From Octopus sinensis (lineage: Eukaryota), in the NCBI RefSeq assembly GCF_006345805.1, contig NC_043003.1:68200001-68264000 (forward strand): a DNA stretch of 64,000 nt, read 5' to 3'. The translations under genes and the position numbers were made by a program. Of this stretch, positions 52,459 to 64,000 are shown piece after piece. Within the stretch, counting starts at the first letter, position 1, and each line of letters starts with the position of its first letter. The notes beneath the pieces are model-generated. The model searched no databases. It saw only the letters and a program-made list of their open reading frames with translations, and was not told the origin of the DNA.

Positions 52459-53514
52459 ATATACTGGGACATATGTGCCTCTTGAACTATTGGATACGGG
52501 TTTAAATATAAATATACTGTATCCCGATTTCGTTTACTGAGATGCATTACAATTATCACAAATTTCCCTAGCGCAAAGTAAATTCTGACTATGCCGAAGT
52601 AAAGAACATATTCACTAAATTAAATAAAAGAAGTCACCAGAGACACAATTATGGAGACAGAATACTAAGAACAATAGAAGGCATAATTTCTGACAAACAC
52701 ACGTAAAGACACATACACGTACGCACAAACACACACTTACACATATAGAGTCACACACAGATCTTGTCAAAATAGATTAGTTTCCAAGACCAGCAGAAAT
52801 ATGCATGAGCATGGTTGCTTATCCAGTTGGAATTTTGCCAAAAACAAACAAAAAATAATGGTAAAGAAAATACCTCATAACATGGAGAAAATATTTGTAT
52901 ATTCAAAACATCAATTTTCATTATTTCTAATATAACTAATATTAGCATTATCGACAGTTAATCTCTCCGGTTCTGTTGTTTCAGGAATATTTAATTACTT
53001 TTTCAGTAGTTAATTGTATTATTTCAGTAAAGATGTAGACACTTTTTATCCTATTAGACTTATAATAAACATTAAATACACATATACGCACACATATTTA
53101 CTGTTAATTCATTACAGATTTAAAATAATAGTATCAGTTATCAATGGTTTTGGTATTAAATATACATGCCCTGGCCATTGAAACTATATCTTATGAAACT
53201 TTTAGAAGTGAATTATTGATCACGAGTCATAGTTTAATTCCTTTTAATTCTATTTATATCTTCGTTTTTTTTCTCTATATTTTCCCCTTGTTTATACACA
53301 ATACTCAAACAGCGAAAGTATATTATTAGGCTTTGAAATTATAGGAGGTTAGTTCAGATCGTTTGCGAACATTTGATTAAGTTTGGGTAAGGATCATTTC
53401 AGGGCGAATAAATAAATTTGTCTTCTGAAAATATGGAAATATCAAAGTCTCTGACTCTGTTTTTCTCTTCCTTTCCAACTTTCTCTCTCACCCTGGCTTT
53501 CTCTTTCTGTCTCT

Positions 53515-53633
<119 letters not shown>

Positions 53634-54235
53634 ACTGTTTCGCCTATTTCATCATGCAATGAACTTCTAATTGAGCCATGTTTGATCATTTCTGTTTCCA
53701 TTTTTCGTCTTCATTTCTTATTCCTGTGAAATACTTCTAAATTACTTGAGCGTAAACCTCTGTCTGTCTCTCTGTCTCTCTCTCTCTCTCTCTCATTCTC
53801 TTTCTCCATCTCACTCTCACACTCTCTACATCTACATCTTTCTCTCTCACTTTCACTTTCTCTTCTCTTCCTTTGTTTCTCTCTGTCTACCTATATATTT
53901 GTAAGTAAAAAATTTTCAGGGTGATGAAGGTGTGATTTACCTAATGGTTATGTGAATCCACCACTGGTCGTCCACATTTGGATTTGCGAACATCATCTGC
54001 CGATATTATTACGTCATTCCGATCACCCAGAAACAGATGTCGCACCTATGATACCATACCTTCTCCCTTTTTTTCTTTGTACTTGAGTAAATCCACTGTG
54101 CTAACAGAAGACTAGTTAGATATTCACACCTGAATGCTCATCGTTTTAATATATTTGTCTCTATTTATTTACGTGTAGCTACGTATGTAAAAATTATATA
54201 TGTAGCCAAAGCGGTTTTACATATAAATTTACATC

Positions 54236-54279
<44 letters not shown>

Positions 54280-54508
54280 TCTTTCGCTTTGCCTGTCACT
54301 GTATATATATATATTTAGATTTGGATATATTTCTTGTACTTTAGGATAACAATATAAGCATTTATTATTAGATAATAAGTTCTCAATTTATTTCTTAATC
54401 CTATGATTTGGATTATACATGGCTTAAAATGTTTTGGGGAATTTTATCAAAACTTTTACAAAATTTCTTTATAAAAGTCTTTGAAATGTATATTTTTATC
54501 TACATATA

Positions 54509-54583
<75 letters not shown>

Positions 54584-54723
54584 AAAATTACTTGGAGAAA
54601 TAAGAAAGTGACGCGATGCGTTCAATCATATAATCACAATTTAACAAATAAAACATAAGCATACATACATACATATATGTACGTACCTACATCTATATGT
54701 ATATATACATGCATATATATATA

Positions 54724-54774
<51 letters not shown>

Positions 54775-54776
<2 letters not shown>

Positions 54777-55024
54777 TACAGGACACCACAAATAAACGTA
54801 GAACACAACGAGAAACGAAAACATAAAATCAAACAAGGAAACGGACTTTTTTATAACAACGAAAAAACAGAGTACAAGACAAACAAAACAAGGAATATTC
54901 TCTTTCATCACCTGCTCCTGGTTCGACTCAATGCGGGGAATATTCCCCTTCATTGAGGGGAATATGTTTGATTTTTATGTTTTCGTTTCTCGTTGTGTTC
55001 CACGTTTATTTGTGGTGTCCTGTA

Positions 55025-55026
<2 letters not shown>
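54775..55026. mobile_element. Element with ~61-bp inverted ends embedded in (TA)n
   Basis: agtacaggacaccacaaataaacgt..aaatcaaaca versus tgtttgattt..acgtttatttgtggtgtcctgtact. Confidence 0.8.
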
Positions 55027-55069
<43 letters not shown>

Positions 55070-55179
55070 TATATATATATATATGCATGTATGTATGTAT
55101 ACATATAGATGTAGGTACGTACATATATGTATGTATGTATGCATATGTTATATATATATATATATATATATATATGAAT

Positions 55180-55299
55180 TAAAAAGAAAAATACAAAATA
55201 AAAGCCTATTTAAAAACAACTTATATTATATTATATTAGAAATTAAATCAAACATATATATATATATATTTATTACATTATATTACAAATCAAATCAAA

Positions 55300-55335
<36 letters not shown>

Positions 55336-55410
55336 TTTGATTTAATTTGTAATATAATGTAATATAAGTTGTTTTTAAATAGGCTTTTATTTTGAATTTT
55401 TCTTTTGAAT
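55180..55410. repeat. (TA)n-centred AT-rich fold-back
   Basis: aaaataaaagcctatttaaaaacaacttatatt..aattaaatcaaac versus gtttgatttaatt..aatataagttgtttttaaataggcttttatttt. Confidence 0.85.
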
Positions 55411-56770
55411 TTTTGATTTTTAATTTTTAGAGGTTTAATTTAGGTTTATTTGATATTTTGAGACGGAAAGAATTTTTCATGCAATTTTTAACTTTGAGTT
55501 GTTGTATGAAGTACGTTTCAGTTAATAATATATTTGTTTTTAATTTTTTTAATCTTGCAATTAGCTAACTGTATAATTCTTATTAGTTAATGGCATATTT
55601 CTTTCATTAACTTGTCTCTAGATTAATGCTAAATGTCGTTAAGTAATATGTATTGTGAATTCTTAATTGAATCAACGCTCAATTGGATTTATATATTGTT
55701 TTCCTGGTTTTGATTGGCTTAGCGTTCGGATATTTTTTCATTCATAATTTAATTGTATAGAATTTATGTGCATAGAGATTAAGCAAAAATGCAACAAGCA
55801 TATAATGAAATATTATAGAATGCATTAATTAGTAGGCAAATGAGAATGTGTTATTACGTGAATATAAGCATATGTATACACGCATGTGTATAGTAAATAT
55901 AATTAATTAATTATAGGCAAAATACGTGCTAAAATTTTATGTGAAATTAATATATAAAGTATATAGTAATCTAAAACATATAAGGACTTAGGACTATATA
56001 AATTTAATGCTAAAGCTTAAGTATTATATATTGTATATAGTCACGCTTAGAAGTATATTAAGTTCAATAGTGTTTAATGGAGATGGAATCAAATGCTAAA
56101 CCAATACGGTAATGAGTAAGCAAATAAATAAATAAATGAGTACAAATATGTTTAATATAGGTACATTTTTGTAATGTAGGAGAGAGTAACACACCTAAAA
56201 TTCATATTGAATTCATCAAATAAGAACATAAAAATCCATTGGTTAAAATTTTCAAATAACATCGTACTGTGAAATAAGTCTAGGTAACGGAAATAGAGTG
56301 AATATACAATGGAGGGAAGTGATGAGAGAGTATGGCAGAGGAAAATAATTTAGGTGAAGACTATAAAGTAAGGTGGGAGTACATCAAAGTTTTCAAATAA
56401 ATAAAGATATTAAAAGCGTCAATAGGTGGGAATTTGCTAAGAATTGCTTTTAATAAGGTTGGCTTCGATACCAGGAGTAGGAATATAGTTTGGGGAGAAA
56501 AAAGGGGCGGGAAGAGAAGAATGACGTAGGAGAAAAGCTATATAATATCAATACAGATAAGTTACGATTTATGTACTATTAAACTATAGTTTGCTACTGC
56601 TATAAATAAATAAAGAGGTTAATAAACTTATTAACAAGGAGAAGAAGCAATTTCGGTTAATATGTTTTATTCTATAAATGGAAAAAAATTAGGTGAAGAT
56701 ACGTAAAGGTAGTAATGTACAAGAATTAAGTTAAAATGAATTAGAAGTTATAAATAATTGAATAAGATTA

Positions 56771-56807
<37 letters not shown>

Positions 56808-57939
56808 ATATGCATATATTTTGGCTCAATAAGAAAATAATTAAATGGATAAATAATAAATAAATAAAAATAAAGTAGCTAAATAAAATCAATTTAGTTA
56901 CTGTGATGTAAGATGTGTACATGTTATAATGGGGATAAAATGTGCTAATAAGATGTATAAAGGTTTAAAATAATATATATAACTGCATATAATGGTTAAA
57001 TAAGTAAGCAATGTAAGTAAACATATATATATAAGTAAGTAATAGTTATTTTTTTAAAATTACTAAAGTAAATAGGAAGATCCAATAATTGCATAGCAGT
57101 GTAATTATAAATAGGTAGGAATAAACACAATGGACGGAAAGAAGGGGTCACTAACAATATAGGTAGTCTAAATTATATTGGTGGTACCTAAATAATACAT
57201 GAATAATGCATAGGAGTGAGAAGTTTAAATTATCAAATAAATCAAATAAATAATAACAGCGATTGAGGAATAAGATGTTGATATATTAGTAAAAAGAATA
57301 TTAAGAATTAATTGTCAGTTAATCTATATTTAGAAAAAAAAAAATTCCCATGCGTAGACCAGATTTATCTCGCCCGTCTCTAAGTTTAAGAAAAGGGAAT
57401 TTTGCAGAGCGGATGAAACATTTTTCATTTAAGCATAAACAAACATTTTTTCTTATTAACTTGATAAGAAGGTGTAGAGGCTAATATGTCCCCTTTAAAT
57501 CGTAACGTATGTTTTTCTCATTTAACTACCAGATAAATGTACTTAGTCCAGTAGAGTGAGAGTTATACTTATTCCTAAAAGTATAAAGATGCGTTATTTC
57601 GGTTGAGTGGTCCCAATATGAGAATGTTTATTTGCTAAAGCTGTTACAGTGCATCGATGTAATACACTTTTTCTTCTGCATGCATGCTTTAGTAAGCAAT
57701 TATTTATAAACCTGCAATCACAATTGCTGGTTACATTTTATTAAGCTTGTTAGATGGGGCGAACCCTATTACATATATTTGTGTTGTTCTGCAAGATTGG
57801 GTTATTGTGAGGTGTAATATTATCATAGTTATCTTGGTTAAAAGAACATGCATTAACCATTGGGGGATTAGGATAATTAATGATATTCTTCTTCTTCTTT
57901 TCTTCTTCTTTTTCATCTTCTTCTTCTTCTTCTTCTTCT

Positions 57940-58944
<1,005 letters not shown>

Positions 58945-58961
58945 ATTATTATTTATTCAGC

Positions 58962-59029
58962 CACAGCCTGGAGTGGAACTCAAAATTTTGGGGTTACTAA
59001 TCCGCGCTCTTAACCACTACGCCATATGC
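58962..59029 (-). mobile_element. tRNA-like SINE head fragment
   Basis: Minus strand reads gcatatggcgtagtggttaagagcgcg..gagttccactcc (A- and B-box-like). Confidence 0.55.
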
Positions 59030-59332
59030 TCTCTCTCTCTCTCTCTCTCTCTCTGATCTCTCTCTTTCCCTCTCTTTTTCTCTCCTTTTTCTTTCTCCTC
59101 ATTACATTCCGTCTACTTCACACCATGGACGCTTCTCTCCACATTTCTCCCTCCTTTTTCTCTCTCCTTCTCATTCTCCTGCCTCTTTTTAATCAGCTGA
59201 ATACGTTGCAGACGGACTAAGTAACGTAATGACAAGCAGAATTATCATAAGATGTCATTGTGTTGAGAGTAAGGTACAATACAAAACTGACATATTGTAT
59301 CCTGCAAGAGTAAATTTCCAATAAATTCATAT

Positions 59333-59674
59333 GTAAAGATTTTTGCCAACATAACAAGTCAGTCCTGGTTTAGGACGAATTTTGCTCTAATTTAGCTCCA
59401 GGAGACATCGTCTCCAGCTGGCTATAAGACACGATCTGTGTTCTTATATTTTCGAACAAGGGAATCTAGAACCACCAGTCAGGTCAAAACAATATCTGTG
59501 TATCGCTATTTCCAGATGTATCGTGGTTTCCGATATTGTTTTCAGCATGTTCGAAAATATAAGGACACAGATCGTGTCGTATAGCAAGCTGGAGACGATG
59601 TCTCCTGGGGCTAAATTACAGCAACATTCGTTCTAAAGCAGGACTGCCATGTTATGATGACAAATAATCTTTAC
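59333..59674. repeat. MITE-like fold-back, ~126-bp arms with ~89-bp spacer
   Basis: ..atttagctccaggagacatcgtctccagctggctataagacacgatctgtgttcttatattttcgaaca versus tgttcgaaaatataaggacacagatcgtgtcgtatagcaagctggagacgatgtctcctggggctaaat.. Confidence 0.88.
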
Positions 59675-62669
59675 TCCAAAGTACTGTTGCTGAATATCTC
59701 CCGTTGTGCGATTTACAAATAGTAATTTTCTGAAATCATGTGTATTTTCTACATTTTGCTACTGTTTTTAAAATTAACATTATGAATCGTTTGCTTAAAT
59801 AAAGAACATAGTAACAGTATGAAGAATAATTTGACTGAAATACAAGCTTTTGTCGTCAAAAATTCTTCCGATGTAATTTAGATGTTATCAATAATATGCC
59901 GTCATACGCTTCGCTTCTTTTTTGAAAACTGAAAGAGAGAATATGACATTAATCACATCGCAAACGTTGATGAAAACAGTACAACGAGTTAACTGACTGA
60001 TTGATCGAATGACTAGTGAAACACTTTATTAGTTTGTATAATTTAATAAGTTACTTATTTTATTACAATAGCAAGAAGAGGAATATAACCTGCAAGTATG
60101 CTGTTATTATGAAACTGACCCTTTAAACCTCGAAAATTATAATCTTTCCAGCAAATATCTTCCAAAATAAGTACAACACCTAAATACTGAGAGTTCTATT
60201 TTGATAGAGAAAGGCGAAACGTGACAGAATTGGTAGCATGAAAGAAAAAATAAATTTATTAATTTGGTTGCCTGAGAATACTGTTATATTATCTATGCAT
60301 CTTGATTAAAAAGAAAATAAACAGAATAAAACAAGCTAGCTCCGATCCAAAATTATTTTATTTTATTCTATTTTTAAAGACATTATTTTTGGAAAGATGA
60401 ACGACAATAAAAGTAAATCAGATGTCAAACAAACTTGCAAAATTTAATAACATTCGTATACCCTGAAAATCTAATCCTCCATAAAGTTAATTTGCCTTCT
60501 ACTTGTAGTTATTTCATTATTTACCTTTCAGGTGTACTTATTGTATAAAACCCACCGGAGCTGATACAATAACAACCAATACTATCTTTGAGAAAATTAG
60601 ATTATCTACAATATCCGCTAAAATATAACTAGTCATGCCAAGTATATAAAATATTCTTATTCTCTGTGTGTGTGTGTGTGTTGGTGTGTATATGTGTTTG
60701 TGTGTGTGTGTAATTAATCTTGTCTGCCATAACAGTGAACGCAACAATTACAGCAGAATCTCTGTTTACACGGTGCCTTGTTGCTTCACAATATGTTGCG
60801 CAATATATGAGCAAAAATATCGCCTTAGCACTCAGACGATACGAAACAGAGTAATGTTTCACACCGTAGTGCACGTAACATAGGAATTGGCTTTGACTGG
60901 AATGAATATATCTATAGTGTTAATGTTTCGGTTGAAACAATCACAGAAATATATTATATCGTCATTTGCTTATGGTTGTGAATGACATAGCACTGGTGTA
61001 GTAAATTTGATTCAGAACAGGTGAACACAGAGCAAATTGAAGTAAGGTATATGGTTCAGTTTTTAGCGTTTCTTATGCTACCAAGTTTGAACGTCGTTTT
61101 CCTTTGCGCAGAGGCAATAGCCATGCCGGAGATTAATTCGGAAACCTGAAAGTAATACTATAACTGTGTAGACTTCCATAAATTTCGAAAATTCTGATAG
61201 ATTTCACAATGATTTCTTCCTAAGTTCTACAATTTATATACATCGGATATAGAGTTGAAATACTGAAAATACAATTCCTTTTGGCTAAGAACTTTAGATA
61301 AATTCTCGGCGATATATTTTAGGATGCCATCAGCATGACAAGTAATCTGTCTTAATTATTAGAAGAAACCCTGTATGACTTTCCATGCACCAGAAGCATA
61401 CATTTGTATGCAGTTTACTAGGTTTTACTATGAAATAAAGCAGAGACATTCACAAAATGCATCCAAGTTGATATAATAATATTAGTAATGTACGGGTACC
61501 TATTCAATTGACTGTAATCCATATCGCGAACACGATTTTGCCTATGTTAGAATTCTACATTTATCTAAAATTAAAAAGAAAGTATAGTAACTCTATCGAC
61601 CATCTACAGATTTACATGCTAGGTCTAATCTTAATTTTGGTAGTTATAATATTGATTTTTATACAGAAACAAAAACACAGGGGAGATATTGAATTGTGTA
61701 ACAACACATCAGTTTAATAGCAGATTCGATGTATTTTAGTGAATAAGAAACTGGACTTCGGTTATGCTCTGTTTTGAAACAAATCTGATTGATCCTCTAC
61801 AACTACTAAATTTCTGGCGATTTATATAGCCATTGTACAATACCGCTTTGTTAACTGTAGTATTTGACAAAAGAATGCACTTAAGAAATAACAAATGATT
61901 ATAGATTGTTTTTACATAACAATTTGAATGAAAATTATTGTTACCATATAGTGCATAGTTTATCACTGCAGACGATGTTTATATTAATACTACGCTATTT
62001 ACAAAGTTCGTCTGCAATAAAATAAATATTCTAGATATCTGCTACGTTAACGCCTGGAAGGTGCCTGTGTGATTGGACATATTCTAACTCTTGTTGTCCT
62101 ATATCGATTTATCTTGACATTGTCTTTCTTTAAATCCTGACCCGTTCATTTTCTGCAGCAAAATAAAACAAGACCATATTGATAAGGACAAATCAAATAT
62201 TATAATTCTGATCAATGATTTGTGTTGTCTCGTAATTCATTAATAGTATGTACCGACACGGACACCTAGCACTTATCTTCCTTCGTTCTTTCATTTAGGA
62301 GACAAGTTTTCTAATCTGATAAATCTGTTAGTAATTTTATTGAAATGACTTACTGCAATAGAGACAACGTGATGTTGCTACTTATGCAATGTACCTCTAT
62401 GAATAATATTAATATTCAGCCGCACATGAGGATTTCTACTAACAAATGATCTACACTTGATTCTAGATCCTGTTTCCTCCTTGTTTAAAGAGGAATATGT
62501 ATGTGGGCTGAATAAAGACAGAAAGAGAGAGAGAGAAAAACTATTTCACCTTCATTCTTATGACGAAGTAAGTGTAACCGACCGAAGGTATAATTGCCAA
62601 GAGAATGTATGCCATTAATACGTGTAGTATTGACTTCAAAACACTTAGACGTTTGTAATGGTTTCGTTG

Positions 62670-62732
62670 TTATTTGCCATTTAGGCCAGTGTTCAATTTG
62701 GTAGATGGAAACTGAAAGAAGCCTGTCGTATG

Positions 62733-62766
<34 letters not shown>

Positions 62767-63465
62767 CAAATTTTGGGGTATATTTCACAGGCGAAATAAA
62801 CCACTAGGTGCGCTAGGTAAATAAATAAATATAATATAATATAACATATATATTTTTTTTTCTAGTTTCAGCTCAGAGCTGCGGCCATGCTGATGCATAT
62901 TTATTTATGTTCCCGTAACGTATCGTTTCGACCACAGACACCAATAGAATAAGTGTTAGGCTTCAAAAATAAATAAGCTCACATGAGGATTTGTTAACGA
63001 CAAAATATTTGAAAAATATTCATTTTATGCCATTTACTCTTATCGATTTTTTTTTTTTTTTACTTCAATTGTATTATAAACATTTTCATTTTTCATGAAG
63101 TTTATGTAAATACTTCGCTACTAAGTATGCATTATTATAGCTGTTTTGATAATACAGAGCTCTAACTCCCAGGCACAAGTTTTGTCATATACCGCAACTA
63201 TATTCAACGGAAAACGTCTCACTTTTACAATAAAACGCTTAGTATTAGCGACATAGAGTAACCGAAACTGGTTCTAAAACGGCCAGAATCAGAATAAAGA
63301 GAAACACTCAAATGCATGTATGTTCATACACATATATTTATAATATCATATAACATCATGTAGGATCAGGCGTGGCACCTTGGGTAAATGTCTTCTACTA
63401 CCGATGAAAGCTTTGTGAGAGGATTTAGTAAATGGAAACTGAAAGAAGCCTGTCATATATATACA
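62670..63465 (+). mobile_element. Degenerate SINE family A fragments
   Basis: tttggtagatggaaactgaaagaagcctgtcg (~62700) and gcgtggcaccttggg..ggaaactgaaagaagcc (~63370-63455). Confidence 0.65.
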
Positions 63466-64000
63466 TATATTAATAATAGAATTATATATATATGTATGTA
63501 TATATATGTGTGTGTGTGCGTGTGTGTGTGTGCGTATATTTGAGTGTGTGTGTGTGTGTCTTTTGTCCTTGCATAACCAATTCTCGACAAAAATATAGAG
63601 TAACTGTTTAGATTAATGATGAATTGATTTATTATATCTGGACATAAAAACTAACATAAATATTTATAAATATGAGAGGAATTGAATGTGTGTTTGTATG
63701 TGAATATTCATGTGTGTATGTGTGTGTGATATGTTTCTACAGTTCACATCAACCAAATTCACTTACAAATCAGTTTTAGTTTAATCGTAGAAGCCATTGC
63801 ACCCCCGTGAGATTGAATTTGTATCACCTTGGTTGCAAAGAAACTTCTCTGAACTCAAATCCATACAAGCACTATATTTGTGTGAAGAGTAAAAAGGTTA
63901 CAAAGAAAGAGATTCAGAGAAAATAAGTGATAGTGTTGCAAGTGTGAAAGTGCAATCATAATCAAATGCAATCTTGAATAACATATTACATATAAGTATA

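Noticed and set aside
58962-59029. tRNA gene
   Set aside because: Lacks a complete cloverleaf and acceptor stem; better explained as a SINE head
60720-60870. Protein-like frame ITVNATITAESLFTRCLVASQYVAQYMSKNIALALRRYETE
   Set aside because: Short, with no convincing donor and no recognisable homology

Overview
AT-rich, repeat-saturated eukaryotic (animal) DNA. The repeat families look like those of octopod cephalopods (inference). No recognisable complete protein-coding gene is present. Most ORFs in the supplied track are microsatellite artefacts (YI/HT/SIYL/poly-K/E/L). The window holds (i) many (TA)n, (TG)n, (GATA)n and triplet microsatellites; (ii) at least four tRNA-type SINE families; (iii) decayed DNA transposons: a mariner, a fold-back mariner derivative, a DD37D/maT-like element, a Chapaev3-like element and Helitron-like termini; (iv) many Penelope-like element (PLE) pieces, including two GIY-YIG endonuclease fragments, RT fragments and short (TA)n-embedded elements carrying hammerhead-ribozyme motifs. 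The most striking structures are a five-unit head-to-tail SINE array flanked by one 14-bp target-site duplication (48041-49355), a well-formed type I hammerhead fold (7637-7687), a recurrent identical multimer junction in a second SINE family, several fold-back hairpins, and two near-perfect microsatellite-bounded tandem duplications. A few unique patches near 20.5-22 kb and 39.2-40.4 kb may be exons of an unidentified host gene. All alignments were made by eye, and boundaries are approximate unless stated.
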